A stretch of DNA of 35,149 nt from positions 1 to 35,149 of the forward strand of contig JBBSXE010000052.1 in NCBI GenBank assembly GCA_038045925.1, given 5' to 3'. A program made the translations under genes and the position numbers. Origin of the DNA: Nanobdellota archaeon. Its GTDB lineage: Archaea > Nanobdellota > Nanobdellia > SCGC-AAA011-G17 > UBA489. The notes beneath the pieces were generated by a model. It was not told where the DNA came from. It saw only the letters and a list, made by a program, of their open reading frames with translations, and searched no databases. This document shows positions 7,913 through 17,200 of the stretch, piece by piece (the first letter of the stretch is position 1; each line of letters begins with the position of its first letter).

Positions 7913-8359
7913 TCAATCGGAAATTGTTGTTGTCTTCCGTGTATCTCGTTTCAACAATCCTAATTGGTCATCCAATTCTTGCGCCATGCTTTTCAAATCC
8001 TCAAATACGCGCTGGAGATCGCGCTGCAGTTCTTCAATCAAGGTTTCTAAGTTTTCTACGCGTAAGAGATATTTGCCCTCATGCTGAACAACTAATCCTG
8101 ATTCGACGAGATGAGCGATGTGATGAATAACAGTCCCTCGTGAAAGATTCGTTCGTGCCGCTAAATCGTCTGAGCTTAACAATTGCCGTCTGCGCGTTGC
8201 TTTGACGAGCTCAACAAAAATGCGAAAACAGGAGCGCTCTTTATCTCGTGGAGAGAATAAGCCGAGAGATTCTGAGAACCATTGCAGATCAGTATTCAAA
8301 TCTTTTCTCTGCGGTTTTCTTGTTTTGATGAGTGTTACTCGTCGAAATTCGTAGATCAT
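7913..8359 (-). CDS. Winged-helix (ArsR/MarR-like) transcriptional regulator with C-terminal coiled coil
   Basis: LSSDDLAARTNLSRGTVIHHIAHLVESGLVVQHEGKYLL is a classic HTH plus wing. TTTATATAC (reverse complement of 8383-8394) lies about 29 nt upstream of the ATG at 8359. Confidence 0.65.
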   Translation of the reverse strand: MIYEFRRVTLIKTRKPQRKDLNTDLQWFSESLGLFSPRDKERSCFRIFVELVKATRRRQLLSSDDLAARTNLSRGTVIHHIAHLVESGLVVQHEGKYLLRVENLETLIEELQRDLQRVFEDLKSMAQELDDQLGLLKRDTRKTTTISD

Positions 8360-8420
8360 TTTCTGTTGACGTAAGATAAACAGGTATATAAACGTAGCTT
8401 TTCTCCCGCTTATTCCCTAA

Positions 8421-8777
8421 CTACTGGTTTAAGGGTATGATTCTTAGTCTTTCTTTTTCCACGACACAAAATGATGTTGTAAAATCTATTTTCATCTGGA
8501 AAATCTTTTTGAGAAGCTGTGTAATCTCTTCTGGTGACTGTGGATGGAGACGGAGAAAAATAACGCCTTCGTTTTTCATCTTTTTTCTGAAGATCATTTC
8601 ACCAAAATCCTTATCGAAGGTAATCAGCGTTCTTTTTTCTTTTCTTGAGAAGGTCAACACCTCTTCATCTGATAAACCAGCTTTGATATCAAAAATGGAA
8701 ATAATGTCTATCTCCTGTGATTTCAATGTGTCAATGACTTCTTGCGGAATATTTTCGTCTGCAATAAATTTCATCAT
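8421..8777 (-). CDS. DUF5615 / Mut7-C-like PIN-fold toxin
   Basis: MMKFIADENIPQEVIDTLK is the typical F-x-x-D-E-N N-terminus of this family. The gene overlaps the stop of the upstream DUF433 gene (ATGATGA). Confidence 0.8.
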   Translation of the reverse strand: MMKFIADENIPQEVIDTLKSQEIDIISIFDIKAGLSDEEVLTFSRKEKRTLITFDKDFGEMIFRKKMKNEGVIFLRLHPQSPEEITQLLKKIFQMKIDFTTSFCVVEKERLRIIPLNQ

Positions 8778-9007
8778 GACAAAGAATAAACAGATTCAAG
8801 TTTAATTGCGTGCGCTGAATATTCTAATGCTGCTTGAATATCCTCTCGTTTCAATTGCGGGTAATTTTTCAGTATTTTTTCTGTCGTCCATCCATTCGCT
8901 AAAAGCTCAAGAATAAACTCAACAGCAATGCGTGTTCCTTTGATTATAGGTTTGCCTACAAGAATCTTTTCATTTGTTTCTATTCTCGTTTGCCGGTTAT
9001 TGACCAT
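8774..9007 (-). CDS. DUF433 antitoxin-like protein
   Basis: GKPIIKGTRIAVEFILELLANGWTTEKILKNYPQLKREDIQAALEY is the DUF433 core. The ATG at 9007 (MVNNRQ) has GTTTATATAC about 31 nt upstream, so the track start 9043 is rejected. Confidence 0.8.
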   Translation of the reverse strand: MVNNRQTRIETNEKILVGKPIIKGTRIAVEFILELLANGWTTEKILKNYPQLKREDIQAALEYSAHAIKLESVYSLS

Positions 9008-9543
9008 TTTTTTATAATATAAACTGAACATGTATATAAACATAGCTTTTCTGATTTTATAAGCTACGGAAGAGAATAAAACTGTTGTCTATAAATTAGT
9101 TTCCGACAAAAGTAGGCTATAATACTCGCAATGATAGTCTGAAGAATTCCCAGGATAAACCTCTTTTTATGCAGGAACCTATAACTTATTTGTGTCGTAA
9201 ACTAAATACAGAATAATCTTTAAGAATGTGGACTATATTTGTATAAACAACCAAAGTTATTGATGTCTATAACATTCGTTTATTCATACATTTCATTTGT
9301 CCTGATTCAGGATTGTGTTGATCGTAAGAAAGAATAAAGAGAAAGAAGGGGATGAAATACTTTCGTCTTCTTTGGAAATTTTGCGAAGAAAAGGCTATTC
9401 TCGGAAATAGAAGAGTGTATTTCGAAATACATGTGTTTTCTACAATCAATATTCCGGAAAAAATAGGAAAAGGAACATAAATGGGTGTCGCTTTTGATTT
9501 GATGCAGGAAGGTTTAAATATGAGTACACATACGTATACACAG

Positions 9544-9792
9544 ATGGTAACCAAAAATATTGCAATCACCGATAAAGCATACACGTTACTGAGCCGGCAC
9601 AAACGTCCTGGAGAGAGTTTTTCTCAGGTGATTGTCGAACATTTTCAGAAGAAGAAGCATTTATCTGACTTTGCCGGCATTTGGGCTGATATGCCAGAGT
9701 CCGCGTGGAAAGAGTTTGAATTTCATGTTCTGGAAGCAAGAAAGGGACTTAATGCTTCATTAAAAAAAAGAATTGAGAGGCTAAAAATATGA
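9544..9792 (+). CDS. vapB: VapB-type antitoxin (UPF0330-like)
   Basis: KNIAITDKAYTLLSRHKRPGESFSQVI matches the archaeal putative-antitoxin pattern. GGTTTAAATATG (9509-9520) is centred about 29 nt upstream of the ATG at 9544. The stop overlaps the vapC start (ATGA). Confidence 0.7.
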   Translation: MVTKNIAITDKAYTLLSRHKRPGESFSQVIVEHFQKKKHLSDFAGIWADMPESAWKEFEFHVLEARKGLNASLKKRIERLKI

Positions 9793-10184
9793 TCGGCATT
9801 GACACAAGCGTCATCATAGATATTCTTCGTAAGCATACTGATTGGGAAAAGGTACGGCAGTCTTCCGATGAAGATTTCTGGACAAGTGAGCTGGTTGTGT
9901 ATGAGCTTTTTTATGGTGCTTATGCAAGTAAAGAACTGACGGAAAAAAAGATTAAAGACATTGAAGCGCTTCTCGACGTATTCACGTTTATTGCACCATT
10001 TCAACGAAAAGCAGCGATAGAAGCTGCAAGAATAGGAGGAACGTTAAGCAAAGAAGGTCAAATGATTGATCATATTGATCTGCTTATTGCAGGTAGTCTT
10101 TTAGCGAATGGCTGTACAACATTTTTGACGAAGAACAAGAGAGATTTTGAAAGAATCAAAGAGTTGCATGTTGTTTCGCTGTAA
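9789..10184 (+). CDS. vapC: PIN-domain ribonuclease toxin VapC
   Basis: MIGIDTSVIIDIL carries the first acidic residue, VYELFYG the second, and DHIDLLIAGSLLANGCTTFLTKNKRDF the C-terminal acidic residues. The length of 131 aa is typical. Confidence 0.85.
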   Translation: MIGIDTSVIIDILRKHTDWEKVRQSSDEDFWTSELVVYELFYGAYASKELTEKKIKDIEALLDVFTFIAPFQRKAAIEAARIGGTLSKEGQMIDHIDLLIAGSLLANGCTTFLTKNKRDFERIKELHVVSL

Positions 10185-10335
10185 CTTTTGAAAGTTGCTC
10201 TCTCGCCATTTCTTTTCTCAGTTCATAGCTATTTGCCCATTTTACATATGCCTGCCAGCTTGAAATATCTCCCATAGCTTTTTTTCCCCTGGTAGTTGAT
10301 CATCTCGTTTAAGTAGTTACCAAAAATTTCCGTAA

Positions 10336-10382
10336 GATTTATATATAAGTTCATTTTAACATATCTTAGTTTATTTAAGATA
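10336..10382 (+). promoter_or_regulatory. dnaK promoter (TATA) with a 7-bp inverted repeat over the predicted transcription start
   Basis: GATTTATATATAAG lies at 10336-10349. The inverted repeat TATCTTA (10362-10368) / TAAGATA (10376-10382) has a 7-nt spacer. GGAGG at 10414-10418 sits 9 nt before the ATG at 10428, so this mRNA is leadered. Confidence 0.45.
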
Positions 10383-10427
10383 AACATAAAATACTTAAAA
10401 TAATACAAAAATCGGAGGAATAAAACA

Positions 10428-12293
10428 ATGGCAAAGATCATAGGTATAGATTTAGGGACGGTGAACTCAGCAGCAGCAGTTCTTGAAGGTGGAAAACCAA
10501 AAATTATTCCGAGTGCTGAAGGAGCTTCTCTGTATGGAAAATCATTTCCGAGTGTTGTCGCGTTTACCAAAGATGGACAAGTCTTAGTCGGAGAAACAGC
10601 AAAGCGTCAAGCAGTTTCCAATCCAGAAGGAACAGTCATGGCTGCCAAGAGAAAAATGGGTAGCAATCACACATATGAAATCTATGGAAAAAAGTATACG
10701 CCGCAGCAGATTTCCGCTTTCGTTCTGCAAAAAATCAAGAAAGACGCGGAAGCATTTTTAGGAGAAAAAGTGGAGAAAGCAGTCATTACCGTGCCAGCGT
10801 ATTTCGATGATGCGCAGCGACAAGCGACAAAAGACGCGGGAAAAATTGCTGGACTGGAAGTTATTCGTCTGGTAAATGAGCCAACTGCGGCTTCTCTTGC
10901 GTATGGAGCGGACAAGCAGCAGAAGGAAATGAAGATTCTCGTCTTTGATTTCGGCGGCGGAACATTAGATGTCACGATTATGGAATTTGGTGATGGCGTC
11001 TTTGAAGTGAAAAGCACCAGCGGAGATACGCAGCTTGGTGGAACTGACATGGATCATATTGTAATCAAACACATTACTGAGCAGTTCAAAAAAGAAACAG
11101 GCGTTGACTTAAATCACGATACTATTGCGATACAGCGCGTTCGTGAAGCGGCGGAGAAAGCGAAAATAGAATTGTCAACAATGTTAGAAACAGATATCAA
11201 TCTGCCGTACATTACGTCAACAAATCAAGGGCCAAAACATTTAGTGATGAAACTAACGCGAGCGCAGTTAGAAAAATTGGTTGATGGCATTGTGCAAAAA
11301 TGTAAAATCTCTTTAGATCAAGCGGTCAAAGACGCGAAATTGAGCAAACAAAATATTGACAAGCTTATTCTTGTCGGTGGTCCAACCCGGATGCCGATGG
11401 TGAAGAAGTTCATTAAAGAATACTTTGGCAAAGATCCAGAAGGCGGCGTCGATCCGATGGAATGCGTTGCGATGGGAGCGGCAATTCAAGCAGGTGTATT
11501 ATCAGGAGAGGTCAAGGATGTGTTGTTGTTAGATGTAACACCGTTAACATTAGGCATTGAAACGCTCGGAGGAATCAGAACTTCACTTATCCAGAGAAAC
11601 ACGACAATTCCAACAAAGAAAAGCCAGATTTTTAGCACAGCAGCAGACAGCCAGCGTCAAGTAGAAATTAATGTCTTGCAAGGAGAGCGTGAGATGGCTG
11701 CGGACAATAAAACTCTCGGGAGATTCATTCTTGATGGCATACCGCCAGCACCACGAGGCATTCCACAAGTTGAAGTCTCTTTTGACATTGACGCGAATGG
11801 CATTGTGCACGTGATCGCGAAAGACCTCGCGACAAACAAGCAGCAAAGCATCACGATTCAAGGATCAAAGAACTTGAGTGAAAGCGAGATTAAAAAAATG
11901 CAGGAAGAAGCGGAGAAATTCGCGGATGAAGATAAAAAGAGAAAAGAATCCGCTGAAACAAAAAATCAAGCCGAGACTATTGTGTACGCGACAGAAAAAA
12001 TGCTTGAGGAATACAAAGAAAAAATTGACAAAGACACCAAGGAAAAAATTGAGAAAGAATTGAAGGACGTCAAAGACGCGCTTACGAAGGGCGAGACAGA
12101 CTCGCTGAAAGAAAAGCTTGCCAGCCTCGAGAAAGTGTCGCAGGAAATCGGTATGAAAATGTATCAGCAAGCCGCTCAGGAGCAGGCAAAGGCCCAAGGG
12201 GAAAAGAAAGGCGATGGTGAACAAGAAGGAAAGGAGAACGTTGTTGACGCGGACTATAAAGTAAAGGACAGTGAGGAGAAAAAGAAAAAGTAA
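10428..12293 (+). CDS. dnaK: Hsp70 chaperone DnaK
   Basis: [45 protein letters not shown] and LVGGPTRMP are all Hsp70 signatures. The C-terminal tail is rich in K and E. Confidence 0.97.
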   Translation: MAKIIGIDLGTVNSAAAVLEGGKPKIIPSAEGASLYGKSFPSVVAFTKDGQVLVGETAKRQAVSNPEGTVMAAKRKMGSNHTYEIYGKKYTPQQISAFVLQKIKKDAEAFLGEKVEKAVITVPAYFDDAQRQATKDAGKIAGLEVIRLVNEPTAASLAYGADKQQKEMKILVFDFGGGTLDVTIMEFGDGVFEVKSTSGDTQLGGTDMDHIVIKHITEQFKKETGVDLNHDTIAIQRVREAAEKAKIELSTMLETDINLPYITSTNQGPKHLVMKLTRAQLEKLVDGIVQKCKISLDQAVKDAKLSKQNIDKLILVGGPTRMPMVKKFIKEYFGKDPEGGVDPMECVAMGAAIQAGVLSGEVKDVLLLDVTPLTLGIETLGGIRTSLIQRNTTIPTKKSQIFSTAADSQRQVEINVLQGEREMAADNKTLGRFILDGIPPAPRGIPQVEVSFDIDANGIVHVIAKDLATNKQQSITIQGSKNLSESEIKKMQEEAEKFADEDKKRKESAETKNQAETIVYATEKMLEEYKEKIDKDTKEKIEKELKDVKDALTKGETDSLKEKLASLEKVSQEIGMKMYQQAAQEQAKAQGEKKGDGEQEGKENVVDADYKVKDSEEKKKK

Positions 12294-12302
12294 ATAAACC
12301 AT

Positions 12303-12317
12303 CTTTTTTCTTTTTTT
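12303..12317 (+). terminator. Oligo-T terminator after dnaK
   Basis: CTTTTTTCTTTTTTT begins 10 nt after the dnaK stop. Archaeal termination at T tracts is established. Confidence 0.5.
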
Positions 12318-12509
12318 ATAGCGCAAAAAATTTCGTTGAATTCCTGTTAGTTTCGTCTGACCAACGGGAAGACCTGATTTTTAGTGCAACAATGCCGAAG
12401 GCAAAAACTCAAAGTTGCCGGCACTATAGTTAAAATGGGGGTCGGCGAGGATTAAAAGACAAGCTTTATTAATTTACCCGGTTATTTATATCAATATCAA
12501 GACTTGTGA

Positions 12510-12812
12510 TTAAAATGTCAAAATCATCATTACGCGAGAGAGCCAATAAAGCTTCAGTTTAGATCAAAAACATTAGTCTGTGTTATCGAAAATCCTAACT
12601 TAGTCAACAATTTGATGGGAATAATCAGAACAGCTGAAGCATTAGGTGTAGGCAGAATATATGTAATTGACAAGGGTAAATTGAAACTTCCGAATGATTG
12701 GCAAAAGATGCGTGACGACCCGCAATTCCTTAATTTAAGCGCATCTGGGTGCTGTGTTGCACAATTATTCTGGGAGTCTTGTTATGAGGACTTTAAGTCC
12801 GAATTTTCTTAA
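12510..12812 (+). pseudogene. Fragment of a SpoU/TrmH-family RNA 2'-O-methyltransferase, with no in-frame start and truncated at the 3' end
   Basis: The frame reads LVCVIENPNLVNNLMGIIRTAEALGVGRIYVI...LSASG, which is SpoU motif 1. It has no ATG upstream: the nearest ATG at 12515 is in another frame and stops after 15 codons. The SAM-binding knot motifs 2 and 3 are missing. Confidence 0.6.
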
Positions 12813-13028
12813 GATTTTCGATACTTTTGCTTCGTCTTCAGAATTGATAAGAATCGCTACTTTATTCCATTTTTGGTGTTTAATGTTTTTTAGAAGTCCT
12901 TCCCGCTCGTACGTGTAATTACCGTTATTTGATTCGTCTTTAAACCCAAATAATTTCCTTGTTATATCTGTCTTCTCTTTGGTTTTTTTGCTCTTCAAAT
13001 CGTATAGTATAATTGATTTTCTTGCCAT
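12765..13028 (-). CDS. Hypothetical 87-aa protein; possible ferredoxin-like (Cas2/VapD-like) fold
   Basis: GTTTATATAC (reverse complement of 13051-13060) is centred about 27 nt upstream of the ATG at 13028. The alternating pattern SIILYDL / KTDITRKLFGF / YTYEREGLL / VAILINSEDEAKVSKILRKFGLKVLI suggests a beta-alpha-beta-beta-alpha-beta fold with an N-terminal Y-D. The fold call is a guess. Confidence 0.45.
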   Translation of the reverse strand: MARKSIILYDLKSKKTKEKTDITRKLFGFKDESNNGNYTYEREGLLKNIKHQKWNKVAILINSEDEAKVSKILRKFGLKVLITRLPE

Positions 13029-13054
13029 TTAATGATAGAGGAACCAACAAGTAT

Positions 13055-14122
13055 ATAAACTTTACTGAAAATACGTTCAGTAAAGAGGTGATAGTCATGA
13101 AAAAGAGGTGTTTTACATGGGAAAAATAGGTAAAAGATGGGGTAAAAAAGTTACATACATTCGAGACTGGGAAAAAAACCAATGAAGAGCTTGTTCTGCG
13201 AGGAGTTTATTACTTGGATTTTGATTGGATTATAAACTGGGACAAAGAGCTTGAAGAGATGAACACAGGGAAGGTGGGAGCACCTTACCAATCTCATCAA
13301 TCTTTAATACGATTGCAAGCGTTCTGGGCACAACTCTATAATTATCGGGCTGTGGAGGGAATAACACGCCAGGTTTGCGCTTTTGCACAAATTCCAGAAT
13401 ACAATGATTACACAACTATTTGGCGTCGTGTTACTGTATTCGATGAGCCTCTTCCAAAGCCGAAGAGAGACCATCTCAGCATCAACAGATGGCTCAGGAA
13501 TGAAAATGAATATGGGTGGAGAATATTTTGAGGAAAAATATGGTGATGGCAAAAAGAAATTCATTAAAGTTACGATCACCGCAGATCCATACGACAAAGA
13601 CTTGCTCAGAGTAGAAGTCGCCCTCGAGGGTGAGGGCGATTCTGAACCTGAAGTGGCAGAGAAACATATGAAAGAGTTAATTGACGAAGGATACAACATA
13701 AATGAGTTTTTCATGGATGGCGCTGGCGATACACACCACTTATTTGACTTCTGCGACCAGTATGGCATTGACCCAATCATTAAGCTACGGGAAAATGCTG
13801 TTGTTGATCCTTGGTGGAGGAGGATCATGGAGAAGAGGGATAGAAGTTGAAAAATATCGTAGATGGGGCTATGAAAAGTGGGCGAAAATAAAACATTATG
13901 GGCGACGATGGACCGGCACAGAAGGTATCTTTTCTGCAGTGAAACGGATTTTTAGCGAACGAGTTCGCTCAAAAAAGATTGAAAATATGTGCAAAGAGGT
14001 GAAGCGACGCTTCTGGGCATACGCAGTTCTTAGGAGATATGCCCAAGAAAAAGTGGCGGCGTAGAATTTTTCTAAGGAGTGATGTTCAATTTTATTTATG
14101 CAACACAGCAGTAAAAAGTTTG
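13055..14122 (+). mobile_element. Degenerate IS element (IS5/IS4-superfamily-like DDE transposase); boundaries approximate
   Basis: The candidate imperfect terminal inverted repeats are AAACTTTACTG (13057-13067) and CAGTAAAAAGTTT (14109-14121, reverse complement AAACTTTTTACTG). They flank the transposase reading frames. Confidence 0.5.
13117..14064 (+). pseudogene. DDE transposase gene interrupted by at least three frameshifts
   Basis: The pieces read MGKIGKRWGKKVTYIRDWEK, then TNEELVLRGVYYLDFDW...GAPYQ, then STDGSGMKMN...GEYFEEKYG...MDGAGDTHHLFDF...IIKLRENA, then YGRRWTGTEGIFSAVKRIFSE. They lie in different frames (track ORFs 13214.., 13383.., 13702..). The first shift coincides with the A7 run at 13173-13179. 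Confidence 0.7.
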
Positions 14123-14161
14123 ATTAATGCAACGATGTAGTGAATACTAAAACACCATAAT

Positions 14162-14172
14162 CTTTATATATG
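14162..14172 (+). promoter_or_regulatory. TATA box of the giant surface-protein gene
   Basis: CTTTATATATG lies about 52 nt upstream of the ATG at 14219, with GGGGG (14206-14210) as an SD-like element. This mRNA is leadered. Confidence 0.5.
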
Positions 14173-14218
14173 TTTAATCACTTTCGAGTTGTATCATGAC
14201 AGTTTGGGGGATATTGGT

Positions 14219-17200
14219 ATGCGTGTAAGAGCTTTGTTTTTACTAATAGGAAGCCTCTTTCTCCTCTTCGCAGGACTTGTTTTTTCCGCGCACCTCGCAA
14301 GCGCACAAGCAGTGATCAATGAAGTGCTCTATGCGGCGCCAGCTCCTCAAAAAGAAAATGAGCTCATCGAGCTTTTTCTGTTTGACCCTAATCTCAATAT
14401 CTCGAACTACACTCTTAAAATCGGAAACACTTTAGAAACATTGACTCCGGATGTTCTTGTATCATCCCCCTTTGTGTTGATCATCGCGGATACAAGCAAC
14501 ATTACTGCAGCAAACGCATCCATTTATCGTGTTAAAGGCGCGTTAGGCAACACTGGCATGAGTTCAACAACAGTCATTCAACTTATTTCAGATACAGGTA
14601 TACCTATTGATCTCTTGGACTTGAGTTTTTTTGCTCCAACGAAAACAAATTATTCTTTAGAACGATTTAATCCTAACAACTCCGCGTTTGCAGAAAGCCT
14701 TATTCAGGGAGGAACGCCGGGCTACCAAAATAGCGTCGCGGGAAATATTCCACCAATATTGAATCCTATCGGCGATCGAACACTTCTCGAAACACAATTC
14801 TTGACGATTCAACTGAATGCTTCAGATCCTGATAACGATCCTCTTCTGTTTGATACAAATGCAGCCGGAGTTCTTCCATCGCCATTTGCGTTTGATATAA
14901 ACACAGGTCTTTTCAGTTGGACACCAACCATTACAGACGCAGGAAATTATAGCATTACCTTTAATGTGACTGATGGCATTGATTGGGATTCGGAAACCAT
15001 AACCATTACTGTTCTCAACCTCAACAGAGCACCGTCGTTTTCTCCTTTAGGAAAGCAAAGCATCTTGGAAGATACAAATTTAACGATCAATCTCTCGCAG
15101 TACGCAACTGATCCTGATGGCGAGGCTCTTGCGTTTTATGCACTTTCTATAGATAATATTACCTTGGCTATTAATCAAACAACAAGCATTGCAACCCTTA
15201 TTCCTGACTCTAATTTTTTTGGCAGTCGTTCCGTCATTTTCATCGCGCAAGATCCTTTTTTTGCAACAGCAAGCAGCGTTTTATTTTTAAGCGTGACTTC
15301 TGTCAATGATATTCCGGAAATTCGCTCAACACCGAACTTGACCGTGCAGCAAGATAGTTTGTATGCGTACAACATGATCCTCTTTGATGGCGATAATGAT
15401 CCTTTAATCACGTCATTAGCAGTTGCGCCAGCAGGCATGGTTCTTTCTAACGCGGGAAATATTACTTGGACTCCGAACAGTTCGCAAGTTGCTCCAACGC
15501 CTGTCAGTATTGTCGTGGTCGATACAGCAAATGCTTCCGTCATGCAAAATTTTACGATTACGGTCTTGAATAAAAACGACGCTCCAAAAATCAATTCTAC
15601 GCCTGTCACCACAGCGACACAAGATACTCCGTATGTTTACCAAGTCACTGCGCACGATCCTGATCTCTCTTTTGGAGATACACTCATCTTTATCTTGAAG
15701 CAGGCGCCGCAATTTATGGCTATTGCTCCAACAACCGGCATTATTGCATGGGTTCCTCAATTTAATCAAGTAGGCCAACATCCTATCATTGTTGAAGTGC
15801 GTGACGCTGCTGGACTTACTGACTTACAAAGTTTCACGATTCAAGTAGCGAATGTCAATGATCCGCCAACACAACCAACATTGATCAGCCCTTTCAATGG
15901 CGCGCTGCTCCGGGACCCAACAGTTCTTTTACAGTGGAATCCTTCAACAGATCCTGATAACGATTCCGTCAGCTATTATGTTGTGACTGGAGAGCTCATT
16001 AATCAAGGACTGAACGCGACAAACGTTACGGTTATCCAAACAACAAATCTTCAACACACCATTACACTTGAAGACAATAAAACCTATGGATGGGGCATTA
16101 TCGCAACCGATGGTGTATTAAATGCGTCGAGCAATCTCTCTGTGTTCTTCACGAGTTTCTTTAATCCGCCAACGATTCAAGTTCTTGCTCCAAATACGTT
16201 GACTCCGAGTGTCCAGGAGAATGCAACGCTTCTCTTTGCTGTGAACGTCACTGACCCTGATGGAGACCCTGTTGTCAGCATTGCCTGGTATCTTGATACG
16301 CAACTACAAACCACCAGCAGTTCTTTTACCTATGCACCGACATTCGGCGACAGCGGCATACATAATGTGACCGTTGTTGCAACAGACAACACGAGCAGAA
16401 GCAGCTTTGTTTTCTTCGCTGTTACCGTTCTCGACACAAATAGAGCTCCAGATCTTGATCCTATTTCAAACCAATCTACGACACAGGGAATTCCTTTGAA
16501 GACCTCCATAACCGCATCAGATCTTGATCTTCCTTTTGGAGACCAATTGACGTACACGACAAATAATCCTCGATTCACTGTTACGAAGAACTCAGCAACA
16601 CAGGCAGACTTTTCTTTCACGCCAACAAACAACGAGGTTGGAACACAGCAAGTTATTGTTACGGTCACTGATACCGCAGGCGCAACAGATACAGAATCGT
16701 TCTGGCTCACTGTCGCAAACATCAATGATCCTCCAACCATCACCTCATCACCGCTGACGAGCGCAGTCATCAATATACCGTATATGTACGACCTCAAAGC
16801 AACTGATCCTGATCTGCAATTTGGAGACGCCTTAACATTTACATTTGTCACGGCACCACCTACTATGGTTCTCACAAAAATTGATACCGTTACGGGAAGA
16901 ATCATGTGGACTCCGAACGCATCTGAATTTGGCCAACACCAAGTGCTTGTAAAAGTGTCTGACAACGCAAACGCAACCGTTACGCAGCAATATCAAATTC
17001 AAGTGGCACAAGTCGGAAACGGCACGTTAGTCATTCTTGATCAGTTTTCCGCAACAAAGCCGACATTCGGGGATGATAACCAGCAAGCAAGCAATCCACG
17101 CAGTGATGAATCCAGTGAGTTCGATATTTTTGACGCCACTACTATTCGCATCCAAAATGCAGGCTCTTCAACGCTTTCAAATTTCACTCTTTCCGTCGCT

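Noticed and set aside
9267-9602. 111-aa minus-strand ORF in the spacer upstream of vapB, and the upstream extension of the vapB ORF from 9481.
   Set aside because: It has hydrophobic low-complexity composition, overlaps the vapB promoter and start, and has no TATA at a proper distance. The vapB TATA at 9509-9520 supports the start at 9544. A 42-codon plus-strand ORF (9352-9480) and a 14-nt palindrome GTATTTCGAAATAC (9417-9430) were seen, but they are too weakly supported to call.
11865-12326. 153-aa minus-strand ORF, together with 11878..12063 (+), 11583..11861 (-) and 10682..11050 (-).
   Set aside because: These are shadow ORFs antisense to, or out of frame with, dnaK. The low-complexity F/L-rich sequence mirrors the K/E-rich DnaK tail.
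12350-12390. The minus-strand sequence GTTGCACTAAAAATCAGGTCTTCCCGTTGGTCAGACGAAAC resembles a CRISPR repeat (GTTGCA...GAAAC ends). It lies near the Cas2-like small ORF.
   Set aside because: There is only one copy, with no spacer-repeat periodicity anywhere in the window. At 41 nt it is long for a repeat, and the SpoU fragment lies between it and the putative Cas2-like gene. The evidence is insufficient to call a CRISPR remnant.
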